Shown here piece after piece: positions 1 through 12,609 of a stretch of DNA of 64,000 bases. The DNA comes from Camelus ferus. Taxonomy: Eukaryota. The notes beneath the pieces were generated by a model. The model was not told the DNA's origin, did no database searches, and saw only the letters and a list, made by a program, of their open reading frames with translations. Within the stretch, counting starts at the first letter, position 1, and the number at the start of each line of letters is the position of its first letter. The stretch lies in NCBI RefSeq assembly GCF_009834535.1, contig NC_045697.1, positions 12,340,001 through 12,404,000 on the forward strand, read 5' to 3'. The position numbers and the translations under genes were made by a program.

Positions 1-960
1 GTATGAGCTGTTTGTTTATTTTGGAAATGAAGCCCTTGTCCATGGCATTGTTTGCAAATTTTTTCTCCCATTCTATAGTTTGTCTTTTCATTTTGTTGAT
101 GGTTCCCTTTGTTACGCAAAACCTTTTAAGTTTGATTATGTCCCATTTATTTTTGCTTTTTTAATTTTGCCTTGGAAAACTGATCTATGAAAAATATTTC
201 TACAATTTATGTCCGTGAATGTTTTGCCTATGCTTTCTTCTAGGAGTTTTATGGTGTCATGTGTTATATTTAGGTCTTCAAACCATTTTGAGTTTATTTT
301 TGCATATGGTGTGAGGGGGTGTTCTAATTTCATTGCTTCCCATGAGGCTTTCCCAACACCATTTGCTGAAGAGTTTATCTTTTCTTCATTGTGTATTCTT
401 GCTTCCTTTGTTGCAGATTTATTGACTGTAGGTGTGTGGGTTTACTTTCTGGCTTCTCTGTCCTGTCCCATTAATCTGTATGTCTGTTCTAATACCACAC
501 TGTTTTGATTACTGTAGCTTTGTAGTATTGTCTGCAGTCTGGGAGGGTTATGCCTCCAGCTTTATTCTTTTTCCTCAGAATTGCTTTAGCAATTCTGGGT
601 CTTTTGTGGTTCTGTATAAATTTTAGCATTATTTGTTCTAGTTCTGTGAAAAATGTCCTGGGTAATTTGATAGGGGTAGCATTAAATCTGTAGATTTCAT
701 TGGGTAGTATGGCTATTTTAACAATATTAATTCTTCCAAGCCAAAAGCATGCCATATACTTATGTTTTTTTGCATCATCATCATCAGTTTCCTTTGTCAA
801 TGTTTTATAGTTTTCAGAGTGTTGGTCTTTTATATCCTTATTAGGTTTGTGCTGAGGTATTTTATTTTATTTTTTGATGCAATTTTAAATGGGATTGTTT
901 TTCACTTGCTCTTTCTGTGATAGTGTAAAGAAATACAACAGATTTCTAATATATTAATCT
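1..960 (-). mobile_element. L1 ORF2 fragment (younger, artiodactyl-type), 5'-truncated, runs off the window start
   Basis: Minus-strand ORFs 136-333 (LEHPLTPYAKINSKW) and 489-800 ([12 protein letters not shown]...[21 protein letters not shown]) are L1 ORF2 C-terminal motifs, broken by frameshifts. Confidence 0.95.
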
Positions 961-1589
961 AATGTTCACTGTTGCTATTTAGAACTATAATTCTTTTAAT
1001 CTGTTTGTCTTATATCCTATAACCTTTCTAAACTCACTGATTGTAGTAACTTTTTGTGGATTTTATTGGACCTTCTATGTAGATAATTATGTTTTCTGCA
1101 AATAGAGGACATTTTACTTCTCTTTCTATTTACATGGTCTAAATTTTTAAATACTGCTTTATTTCACTGGCTGGAACCTTGAGTAAAATGTTGAAAAGAA
1201 GTAGAGAGAATAGGACATCTTGCTTTGTTACTGATCTTACAGAGACAGTATTCACTATTTCCCCTTTAAGTATGTTAGTTGTAGGGTTTTTGTAGGTGTT
1301 CTTTATCAGGTTGAGGAAGCTCCCTTTTATTCCTAGTTTTCTGGTAAATTTTATTAGGAATGGATGTTGAATTTTGTCAAATGCATTTTGTCAAATGCTT
1401 TTCCTATATTTGTTATAATGATAATGTAGCTTTTACTTTTTAGTTTGTTAATATGTTTAGTTTGTTAATATGTTTAGTTTGTTAACAAATCTTGCATTCC
1501 TGGGACAAACCCCACTTTTATATATAAAAATATATTTTATTAAGTCATAATACATTATTCTTTCAATATATTATTGGATTTGAGTTGCC

Positions 1590-2225
1590 AGTTTATTCAG
1601 TTGCTTTATTGAAATATAATTTACATGTTATAAAGACCACTTATTTAAAGTATAAAATTGAATGGTTTTAATTATATTACATATTTATACAATAATCACC
1701 ATAATCTAACTTTAGAACATCTTTCATGAGCACCAAAAGAAACCCTGGTTGCCCCCAGGCAACCCTCCCGTCCAGCACTAGGTAATCACTAATCTAATTT
1801 ATGTCTTATAGATTTGCCTATTCTGGATACTTCATATATGAAATTGTACAATATGTGGTCTTTTGTGTTTGGCTCCTTACACTTTGCATAATGTTTTTGA
1901 AGGCTCAAGTGTTTTTTTGGTATGTATCAGTAATACATTCCTTTTTATCCCCAAATAATAGTTTATTGTATTGCACATTTATTTATCTAGTCAAATATTG
2001 ATGAGCATTTGGGTTATTTCTACTTTTTGGTTATCATGATTAATGCTTCTGTAAACATCCATGTACATGTTTTTGTGTGGACACATTTTTTTTTTCCCTT
2101 TGGGGTAGATACCTCAGAGTAGAATTGTTATGTCTTATGGTTACTCTATGTTTGAAACTTGAGGAAATACAAACTGTTTTCCAAAGTTGGCTGCTCGATT
2201 TTAAATTCCCACTAGTAGTGTATGA
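1590..2225 (-). mobile_element. L1MB/MC-like 3' end nested in the older L1
   Basis: Begins gctttattgaaatataatttaca and contains gatttgcctattctggatacttcatat, typical of an antisense L1M 3' UTR. Confidence 0.8.
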
Positions 2226-3233
2226 AGGTTTGATTTCATAAAATTTGTTTAGAGTTATTCATGTATGTTCATTAAGGGTTATCCATCAGTTGTTATGTTG
2301 AATGTCCTTCTTTGATTTTGGTATCACGGTAATTAATGATGGCCTCATTGACTTAAGAAGTAGTCTCTCATTCTCAGTTTTCTGGAAGAATTTGTGCAGG
2401 TTGGTATTATTTGTTCCTTTAAATGTGTGGTAGAATTCATCAAGGAAACCATCTAGACCTTGATTTTTCTTTGTGGGAAGGTCTTTAATTATGAATTCAT
2501 TTTCTTTAGTAAATATATGGCTATTCAGGTTATATATTTCTTATTATGTGAACTTTGGTAATTTATGTCTTTCACAGAATTTGTCCATTTCATCTAATTT
2601 GAATTTACTGGCATCTTTTCAAAGAACAAGTTTTTTGTGTCACTATCTCTATTTTGTCCTATTTCATTGATGGCCACTCTGATCGTATTATTATTTCTTC
2701 TCTTTACTAACTTTGAGTTTAATTTGTTCTTATTTTCTAGTTTCTTAATGTGCAATTTTTGTTTTTCTTGAGACCCTTTTTATTTTTTAAGTTAGGCATT
2801 TAGTGCTATAAATCCTTCCCTAAGTAATACTTTAGTTGCATCCCTCAAACTTCAATATATTTTTATTTTTATTCAATTCAGTTCAAAATAATTTCTAATT
2901 TCTCTTTTGAAATCTTTTTTGATCCATGGATTATTAGAAATGTGTTACTTACATTTGAAATATTTAGGCATTTTCCAGAAATGTTTTTGTTCTTGAGTTC
3001 TAAGAAAATTCTACTGTGGTCAGGGAACATACTTTTAAATTCACTGAAAACATTTTAATGACCCAGAAAATGACATATGCTGGTAAATGTTCTGTGTGCA
3101 CTTGAAAAAAAAGTTTACTTTTCTGTTGTCATGTGAAGTGTTCTATAAATGTCAATTAAATCAAGTTTGTCAAATGCATTGCTTACATCTTCTATGCTTT
3201 AATGACCTTCTGTTTAGTTATTCTGTTGATTAT

Positions 3234-3606
3234 TTCTATGGACTGAATTGTATCCTCCACAGATTTATATGTTGAAACTCTAACCCTCAGTGTGATGCTA
3301 TTTGGAGATGGGTTCTTGGGAGGTAGTTAGGTTTAGACAGCATCATGAAAGTGGGACCCTTGTGAAGAAATTAGTGTCCTTACAACCAGAGACACTGGAG
3401 AGCTTTCTTTCTCTCTATTGCCATGTAAGTATTTAGCTAGAAGGTAGCCACCTGCAAACCAGGAAGAGAGCCCTCACCAGGTTCTGACCTCACTGACACT
3501 CTAATCTCAGACTTCCAGCCTCCAGAATTGTGAGAAAATAATGTCTTTTTGTTTGAGTCACCCAGTCTGTGGTATTTTGTTATGGCATCCCAAGTTGACA
3601 AAGACA
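3234..3606 (+). mobile_element. MaLR solo LTR (MLT1A/B-like)
   Basis: 373 bp, from ctatggactgaattgtatcc to ggtattttgttatggcatcccaagttgacaaagaca; 5-bp TSD ATTAT at 3229-3233 and 3607-3611. Confidence 0.9.
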
Positions 3607-3715
3607 ATTATTAAGAGTGTTTATTGAAATATTTGATGAACATTAATTTATGTACATCTTCATTTCTGTCAGTTTTCGCTTCTTATGTTTGGAGGCTTTA
3701 TTATTGAATGAATGT

Positions 3716-4173
3716 ATCTAAATGTAAAAGCTGAAATTTTAAAACTTCTAGAACAAAACATAGAAGTAATTCTTTGTGACCTTGGGCAGGCAAAGATTAC
3801 TTAAGGCACAAAAGTCATGAGTTAGAAAAGAGAAATTGATAATTTGGAATTCATTAAAATCAAAATTTGTTCTTTGAAAGCCACAGGAAATGAAACAGGA
3901 TACCATAGACTGGGAGAAAATGTTCCAATACATAAACCTGATAAGACATATATCCATAATATATAAAGAACTGTTACTACTCAATAGTGGAGGACAAATT
4001 ACCAAATGAATAAGGTGATCAAATATATAAACAGATACTTTATGTAAGAAGATGTATGACTGGCCAATGAGCAATGAAAAGATGCTAAAAATCATTGTCC
4101 TCAGGAAATGCAAATTAAACCACAATGAAATACCCCCACACACTGAGAGGAATGACTAAAATTGAAAGACTGA
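3716..4173 (+). mobile_element. Old L1M ORF2 3' part, left half of the host element split by a younger L1
   Basis: ctaaatgtaaaagctgaaattttaaaacttctagaacaaaacatag...ggaaatgcaaattaaaccacaatga; sequence resumes in register at 7921. Confidence 0.85.
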
Positions 4174-7100
4174 GGACTGGCAGCCAAGATGATGGACTTG
4201 AGGAAGCTAGAGCTCACCTCTTCTTGCAGACACACCAAGATCACGACTAACTGCAGAACAACTAGTGATTAAAAAAAAAGCTTGGAAACTACCAGAAAGG
4301 ATCTTCTGTAGCTCAAATCTGTAAGTGGAAACCATGACAAGACCGGTAGAATGGGTGGACTTGCAATATAATCAGGTTCCCTAGCACCCAGGTGGGCCAC
4401 CCACAGACTGGAGAATAATTATATTGCAGAGATTCTTCCATGGGAGTCAGGGTTTTGAGTTCCATGTCAGGCTCCCCAGCCTAGGAGTCCAGCACTGAGA
4501 AGAGGAGCCACCAGATTGTTGGGCTTTGAGGACTAATGGACCTTGATTACAGGTGCTCCACGAGACGAGGGGAAACAGAAACTCTGTGCTTAAAGGTTGT
4601 ACATAAAATCTCATGCTTACTGGGACTGAGGGCAAAAGCAGTAATTTCATAGGAGCCTGGGCCAGACCTACCTGCTACTCTTGAGGAGGTGTGGGGTGGC
4701 TATGGTTCACTCTGGGGACGTAGACACAGATGCAGGCATTCAAGGGTGTTCATCTGAATGAACTCTTCTTCCAGGAGGCTGACATCTTGCTTGGACTTTA
4801 GCACTGAGACTTGGCCCCACCCAGCAGCCTTTCGGCTTCAGAGCTGGAATGCCTCAGGCCAAACAATTAACTGGGTGGGGAAATATCTCCACTCATCAGC
4901 AGACAGACTGCCTAAAGCTGACCTCACAGCTACCCCTAGACATGACCCAGGACATGTCTCTGCCCACGAGAAGGCCAAGACCAAGCCCTGTCCACCAGTG
5001 GACAGGCACCAGCGCCTCCCACCAGGAAGCCTGCACAGCCTCTAGATCAACCTCATCCACCAGGGGGCAGACATCAGGAGCTAGAAAAGTTCTATCTTGT
5101 AACCTATGAAGCAAGCCTGCAAACACAGGCCAGAGTCTACCCTGGGATGAGCTGACCATGGGCCCCTGAGTGATGAGAAGGGAGTCCACTGCTGGGAAAC
5201 ATAGGGCATCTCCTATAGAGGGCCACTTCTCCAGGGTTGAGAAACTTAACTAACTTGCCACATATATAAAAATACAAATAGAAATTTAAAACAAAATGAG
5301 GTAGCAGAGGAATACCTTCCAGACAAAGGAATAAGATAAAACTCCAGAAGAAGAACTAAGTGATGTGGAGAAAGAATTCAGAGTTATGAGCATTAAGGAT
5401 GATCAAAAATCTTGGGAGAAGAATGGATGAGGGGAGCAATAAGATGGAAGTTGTTAGCAAAGAGATAGAAAAAAATAAAGAACAACCAAACAGAGATGAA
5501 GAATTTAATAACTGAAAAGAAGAGTTAATGCCTGTCCTCCTGAAACTATTCCAGAAAATTTCAGAGGAAGGAATAGGATTGTACCTTTCTAAGAATTGTC
5601 CATTTCTTCCAGGTTGTCCATTTTATTAGAGTACAGTTGCTCAAAGCAGTCTCTTATGATCCTTTGTATTTCTGTGTCAGTTGTAACTTCTCATTTTTCA
5701 TTTCTGATTTTAATAATTTTTTTTCTTGAACAAGACAAGGATGCCCACTCTCATCACTTATATTCAACATCGTTTTGGAAGCCCTAGCTACAGAAATCAG
5801 AGAAGAAAAGGAAATAGGAATGCAAATTGGAAAAGAAGAAGTAAAACTGTCACTGTTTGCAGATGACATGATACTATACATAGAAAATCCTAAAGACACT
5901 ACCAGGAAACTACTAGAGCTCAATGGACTTGGTAAAGTTGCAGGATACAAAATTAACATGCAGAAATCAGTTGCATTTCTATACACTAACAACAAAATAG
6001 CAGGAAAAGAAATTAAAGAAGCAATCCCATTTACCATCACATTAAAAAGAAGAAAATACCTAGGAATAAACCTACCTAAGGAAGCAAAGGGCCTGAACTT
6101 CAAAAACTATGACACTGATGAAAGAAACAGACAGAAATAGATGAAAAGATATACTCTATTCTTGGACTGGAAGTCAGTATTGTTAAAATGGCCATACTAC
6201 CCAAGGCAATATACAAGTTCAGTGCAATCCCTAACAAATTGCCAATGACATTTTTCACAGAACTAGGACAAAAAAAATGTTAAAGTTAGTATGGAACCAC
6301 AAAAGACCCTGAATAGCCCAAACAATCTTGAAAAAGAAGAAGGGAGCTGAAAGAATCACGCTCCCTGACTTCAGACCCTACTACAAAGCTACAGTAATCA
6401 AAACTGTATGGTGCTGGCACAAAAACAGACACACAGATCAATGGAACAGGAAAGAAAGTCTAGAAATACACCCACACACTTATGGTTAATTAATCTGTGA
6501 CAAAGGAAGCAAAGAATATACAATAGAGAAAAGACAGTCTCTTCAATAAATGGTGCTGGGAAAACTGGACAGCTACATGTAAAAAAATGAAATTAGAGCA
6601 TTCTCTAACACCATATACAAGAATAAATTCAAAATGGATTAAAGACCTAAATGTAAGACCAGATTCTACAAAACTCCTAGAGGAAAACATAGGCAGAACA
6701 CTCTTGTCAAAATAAATTGCAAATAAATTTCAGCAATATATTTTTTAAACCAGCTCCTAGAGTAATGGAAATAAAAGCAAAATAAAGAAATGAGACCTAA
6801 TTAAACTTAAAAGCTTTCACACAGCAAAGGAAACCATAAACAAAATGAAAAGATAACCTGCAGAATGGGAGAAAATATTTGCAAATGGCAGGACCAAAAA
6901 GAGACTAATTTCCAAAGTATACAAATAGTTCATACAGCTTAATATACAAAACAAACAAAACAAAACAAAAATAACCCAATCAAAAAATGGGCAGAAGACC
7001 TAAATAGACACTTCTCCAGAGAAGACATCTGGTTGGCCAACAGGCACATAAAAGTATGTGCAGTATTGCTAATTATTAGAGAAATGCAAATCAAAAGTGC

Positions 7101-7909
7101 AATGAGGTATCACTTCACACCAGTCAGAATGGCCATCATTAAAAAGTTTACAAATAATAAGGGCTGGAGAGAGTGTGGAGAAAAGGGAACCCTCCTGCAC
7201 TGTTGGTGGGAATGTAAGTTGGTACAGCCACAATGGAGGACAATATGGAGGTTCCTTAAAAAACTGAAAATAGACTTACCATATGATCAGCAATCCCACT
7301 CCTGGGCATATATCTGGAGAAGAATGTAATTCGAAAAGACACATACACTCCAGTGTTCATAGCAACACTACATACAATAGCCGAGACATGGAAACAACCT
7401 AAATGTCTATCAAGAAATGATTGAATAAAGATGTGATATATATATATACAATGGAATATTACCCAGCCATAAAAAAGAATGAAATAATGCCATTTGCAGC
7501 AAAATAGATGGATATAGAGATTGTCATAATAAGTGAAGTAAGTCAGACAGAGAAAGACAAATACCATATGATATCACTTATATGCGGAATCTAAAAAAAA
7601 GATACAAATTCTATTTACAAACAAAAAAAAGACTCATGGACATAGAAAAAAAATTGGTTACCAAAGGGGAAAGTGCAGGTGAGGGATAAATTAGGACTTT
7701 GGGATTAACAGATATACATTACTATATACAAAATAGATAAACAACAAGGATGTACTCTATAGCACAGGGAACTATATTCAGTTTCTTGTAATAACATATA
7801 ATGGAAAAGAATCTGAAAAGAAAAAAATACATACATGTATGTATAACTGAATTGCTTTGCTGTACACCTGAAATTAACATTGTAAATCAACTACACTTCA
7901 ATAAAAAAT
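4174..7909 (+). mobile_element. L1 with 5' UTR, ORF1 start, rearranged/deleted middle, ORF2 RT-to-C-terminus remnant, 3' UTR and polyA signal
   Basis: 5' start ggactggcagccaagatg; decayed ORF1 N-terminus from 5296 (..DKTPEEELSDVE); RT motif [15 protein letters not shown] in ORF 5775-6140; AATAAA 7900-7905; imperfect TSD aaaatt(g/aa)aaagactga at 4158-4173 and 7910-7926. Confidence 0.95.
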
Positions 7910-8600
7910 AAAATTAAAAAGACTGACCACAGCAAGTGCTGATGAAGATGTGGAGGAACTTGAAAACAGTGCTGATGGGAATATAAAGTGGTACAACCTT
8001 TTTCAACAAAAGTTTGACCCTTTCTTATAAAGCTAAACATACAATTACTGTATGACTCACCAATCCCACTGCTAGGTAGTTACCCGAGAGAAATGAAAGC
8101 TTATGTCCATTCAATGACTGGTACATGAATGGTACAGCAGTTTCATTTATAATAGCTCAACACTGGAAACAACCATATGCCCAACAACAAGTGAGTAGAT
8201 AAATAAACAATAGTACATCTTCATTGAGAGGTAGTTATCAGCAATAAAAAGAAAAAAATTACTGATTCTTATAACCATATGGGTGGATCTTGAAGAAATT
8301 ATGCTGAACTAATGAAGTCAAACACAAAATATACATACTGTATGATTTCAAATTTTCTGAATCTTAGTAGAAAAGCAAAACTAGAAAATAGAAAACATAT
8401 TTTTTCTGAGGCTTTGTGTGGGAGAGGTATTGATTGCTGAGGAACACAAAAGTACTTTTTGGGTTGATGGAGATTATTTATTTTAATTGAAATAATGATT
8501 ACATTAGTATTTGTCAAAACTAATAAAACTGTATAATTAAAATGGCAACATTTTGTTTTATGTAAATTAAAGCTCAGGAAAGTTTGTTAGAAAGAAAAAA
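7910..8600 (+). mobile_element. Old L1M (MC/MD/ME-like) 3' end, right half of the host element
   Basis: gactgaccacagcaagtgctgatgaagatgtggagg...caatcccactgctaggtagttacccgagagaaatgaaa; ends in an A-rich tail. Confidence 0.85.
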
Positions 8601-8959
8601 TTAGAGGAGAGTTTTGAAATGACTTGAGACTCTGACCTCAGTGGAAGGGGTGGCAGGATGAGGCTGGTTCTACCAGTGTGGGGGAAAAACCCTGAACTAG
8701 ATTCAGCTGCTACTCCAGGAAGGCATTGCCAGAGGTGAAGAAGTGTTTCTAAGGTGCTGTTAAGCTAGGAATAGGGAACAGACAGGTGTCAACAGGAAGG
8801 AGACAAGATGTACAATTGTGACCTCCCTCCCCCAGTCTCACATTCTCCCTCTAGTGTACCCTAGAGCAGAAGTTTGGTTGCAGTTCCAATCTCAATCCCA
8901 GCATCATGGATTAAGTATAGCAGGGAGGGTTTGGAGCTGTGAACAACTTAAGTAACTGG

Positions 8960-9082
8960 CACTTATGTGCCACTTATGTGCCAGGCAGTGTGCTAAGCTT
9001 TACAGGGTGGACACTTATGTGCCAGACAGTGTGCTAAGCTCACTTATGTGCCAGGCAGTGTGCTAAGCTTTACAGGGTGGAC
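8960..9082. repeat. Irregular tandem duplication, four units sharing one start
   Basis: CACTTATGTGC starts at 8960, 8971, 9012 and 9041; unit lengths 11, 41, 29 and 41+ bp. Confidence 0.95.
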
Positions 9083-9329
9083 AAGGATGGAAGGGCAAGT
9101 GTTTGCCTTCAAGAAGCTTTCAGTTTTGTAAGGTAGATACATATGCATCAATAGCTGTGACTAAAGTTAAGATGAGATATTGCTATTCTAGGATTATGAA
9201 AACAAAATGCTGAGGGCGGTCAGAAGGTAGGTGAATCAGTTTCAGATGGGATTTGAAGGAACTTCTCTGGGAGAAGTTATATTTCAACTGATGGTAACTT
9301 ATTCTTCTTTCAAGAGTCCTCTGAAAGGC

Positions 9330-9820
9330 TTTCTCTTTTGAGGGAGGCTCCCCTGATTCCCCAAACAAATGGATGTTTCTTCCTTTGTGTTTCTCCAGAA
9401 GTCATACCTAACACTTACTGAATACTTATTATGGGCCAGACATGCACTGGCCTAAGCTCCAAGAAGGTATTATTGCTTTTGATCTTCACAGTTATCCAGT
9501 GGAGTTGATGCTATTACCCCCGTTGTATCAAGGGGGGAGCAGAGTAGGAGTAACTTGCTTTATGTATAGTAAAAGTGCCCCAGATCCTGATCTAGGTGAT
9601 TTGACCCCAGAACTTGTGCACTGACCTATCACATCTGACTGCTTTTCCAATAAAATCTATTTACATCCTCATTTAAGAACTTTACTGTATGGTTATTATT
9701 TATACATAGATGAGTCTCCTTTGAGTTAGTTTTGTAAGGTATTATTCAACTATGCAAACAGTCTTTAGCCCAGTGTTTGGTCTTAGTAGTTCCTCAATAA
9801 ATGCTTTCTGAGTGAATGAA
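9330..9820. mobile_element. L2 3' fragments with a nested MIR (about 9410-9650)
   Basis: ctcaataaatgctttctgagtgaatgaa L2 tail; aacacttactgaatacttattatgggccagac antisense MIR start. Confidence 0.65.
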
Positions 9821-9849
9821 TATGGTTGCTTCCATAGTGCTTGGCATTG

Positions 9850-10260
9850 TAGGAGGGAATTTACAAAGTGAGTCCACCTAGGAAACTCCACCAGGACAAC
9901 AGAAATCATTAAATATTTAGAACAGAGGAAATTAAATGCATAAAATTGGTTACACAGGTAACCAATATGGAGGGGCTAGAAAGTCAATGGGTAATGTGGT
10001 AACCTTGAGATTAGCAATGGCAGGAAGCCCTTATTGGGCAGAAGGGACACATGGAAGAGGTGGAGACTGAAACCATGCCAGCTCTGTGCAGAGGGGATCT
10101 CACTGCTGGACAAGTAGCCTGAGGCAGAGAGGGAGGGCAAGGTCTACCCTGCTTCTCTTTCTTCCTGGCTTTGAATGTCTTTCTGTTAAATTGTACTGAC
10201 TTTCACAGATTCCTGGAAACAGCCTGCAAGAGTCATTGTCCATGTGACACAGAGCAGAGC
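9850..10260 (-). mobile_element. Ancient LTR (LTR78/LTR33-class, family uncertain)
   Basis: agaggaaattaaatgcataaaattggttacacagg...gagattagcaatggcaggaagcc resembles antisense old ERV LTR ends. Confidence 0.55.
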
Positions 10261-10559
10261 AGGTGGGGGGGAGGGGTGAGGATTAGATCTGAGGCCAGAC
10301 AAATCCAGGAGAGGCACACAGTGGGTTTTGGGATCAGCAAAATGTGGGTTGAAACTGTGGTATACTGCAAAAATGATCTCTCAAGGGGTAGAGTCTCTTT
10401 CTCTCCTCCGGACTTGAATCTGGGATGGTTTTGAGCTTGGGTTTGGCCAGTGGAGAGTAGTAAATGTAATGCAAGCGGAAGATCAAAAGTGTATGCACGT
10501 TCCGACTTGTCCTCTCTTGTGATGCAAAAAGCCTTGAGGCTGCCTGGTGAATGAGACTG

Positions 10560-10790
10560 AGCTACCCTCTGGATAATGGGAAGCCACATGAATGGGAACC
10601 CAGGTCCCCCAGCCAACTGACCCAACAGCTGACCCAGCAGCTGACTGCAGAGACATGAGTGAGGCCCAGTTGAGATCACTTGAGCCCAGTCCAAATCTCT
10701 GACCTATAGATGTATGAACTAAATAAATGGTTATTATTTTGAGCCATAAGTTTTGGGATAGTTTGTTATACAGCAGAACTAACTGACAGA
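10560..10790 (+). mobile_element. MLT1 (H/I/J-like) LTR 3' half, inserted in a MIR
   Basis: gagcccagtccaaatctctgacc...aataaatggttattattttgagccataagttttgggatagtttgttatacagc; MIR sequence follows at 10790-10980. Confidence 0.8.
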
Positions 10791-12039
10791 TAATCCCAGC
10801 TCTGCTACGTACTAGCTACTTTGTGCAAAGTGTTTCATCTTGAAGCCTCATTTTCTTTCTTTGTGACATGGATACACCAACAAGATATCACAGGACAATT
10901 GGGAAGATTTAATGAAAAACTACATGTAAAATAGAGCCACAGTGCTGAGCACATTGTGAGTGCTCAGTAAGCTGTAGCTTTTATAATGACAGTTTCAGGC
11001 CTTTCCAGCCTGTGTGCTTTGTCTAATTGTTGACTCTTTCTATGTGAGAAAACGAAGAGGTTATTGCTTAACAGGGCACGGATAGACACAAATGTTTTAT
11101 TAAGAAGCTGTCTTAATTTTCCTGCTGGCATGAGGCAAATGAAGAGGGCAGATATTCTGTTAATTAAAATTTTAAAAGTACATAATTCTTTCTTTGGCGT
11201 AAGTCTATATGTAAGTCTGCAAAGCTAAATCTCTGAAACAGATAATATTCACAAAGGTGTGGCTCGAATAACAATTGTGATTCAGACAGAATGTACATTT
11301 GTATTAGAGACATTGTGGATAAGATTATGTCAAAAAGTGCAGGATAATAAATCACTGAAACTCATTAGTTCACGTAAAATCAACGTGCATTGCCATATTC
11401 CAGATGCTTGATTGCGATTCTTTAATATAACGAGTTGCCAATTCCTTTCTCTAGAGAAGGATTGACAGATTGTAATGCAATCTGTTGATGTTCTTTGACC
11501 GCGATTCTCTGTCATTGTCACCAGCGCTAAGGAACTGGAATCCTAAACACAGGCTTTGCTGAGGGAACTGTATGTCAATGCTGGGTGTTGGGGCCATTCC
11601 CACTGATATTAGGAAATATAAACTATCAGCTAAAGAGCGAGAATTGAGGAGCTTCAAAAAAGGAGCAGAAACTGGCTAAGAATATCACACAGAGGAGCCA
11701 ACAATTAAATTACAGTGTGCATTTTACAGAACAAGATGTCTTCAAAGGAGACAAAGGAAAGCTGATAAAAATGAATTATAGGGAGATTAAAAGACCATAA
11801 AACCTCCAGTTTGTTGAAGCTTGTATCTTTAAATCCTTGGGCAGAGATGAGGCTGGGGAGAAGAGGTTTGATGTGGCTTGGAAGGTAAGAGTGCCTTTGA
11901 AATAAATAAGAGAGATCACAGGGGGAGGAATAAACTCACAGGTCATAATGCTGTTGATTTCTGGTTAATAAATATAGTTGCTTTCAGCTGATTTTTAGAT
12001 CTTATTTTATTTACTCAGGTTATAAAAATAGTACATGCT

Positions 12040-12275
12040 CATAGGCAGAAGTATGGCACAGTGATTGAGATCTGGTGTCAGCCTGCCTGTGCTCAAATCC
12101 TTCCTAGCTGTGGGATCTGAAGAAAGTTAGTTCACCTCTCTAAGCCTTATGTCTATAACAGGGATAATGGTAGTATTTACTTCATATGCTTGTTTTGAGG
12201 ATAAAGTGAGATAAAACATAGAAAGTGCTTAGAACAGTGCCTGCAAATAGTAAACACCCCACAATTATTAGTTAC
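12040..12275 (+). mobile_element. MIR SINE
   Basis: Core motifs aagttagttcacctctctaagcct, gaggataaagtgagataa, aaagtgcttagaacagtgcctg. Confidence 0.85.
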
Positions 12276-12609
12276 TGGAGAAAATCTGGATGAGACAGCA
12301 AAGATAATAAATAAGAAAAAATACCACTTATCACCCAGAAAGCAACTACCATTAATATTTTGATTTATTTCCTTTTGGAGTTCATGTCTTTTTAAAAGGA
12401 TATTGGTGAACTCAAACGCAGAGAGGACGGGACTCTATATTACTTAGGAGAATTTTTTTAGGGAGAAAAATAGACAATGATATTGATTAAGTCAAATGAA
12501 AACAGTTTGTGTACTATAGCAGGTAGGGTTTTAAAAGAAGGCCTAACTTCAGAAGATTCATTGGGATTGAAGAGTAGTTTTTATAAGTCATAGAAAAGCT
12601 GGATTTGAA

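Larger units (their letters stand above)
961..3715 (-). mobile_element. Old, degraded L1M ORF2 region, interrupted by a nested L1 3' end and an MLT1 LTR
   Basis: T-rich antisense L1 motifs (ggacatcttgctttgttactgatctta; ttctttatcaggttgaggaagctccc; gtgctataaatccttccctaagt); no open frame. Confidence 0.85.

Noticed and set aside
8960..9082. CRISPR-like array
   Set aside because: Mammalian DNA; there are no unique spacers and the units are nested prefixes of one sequence.
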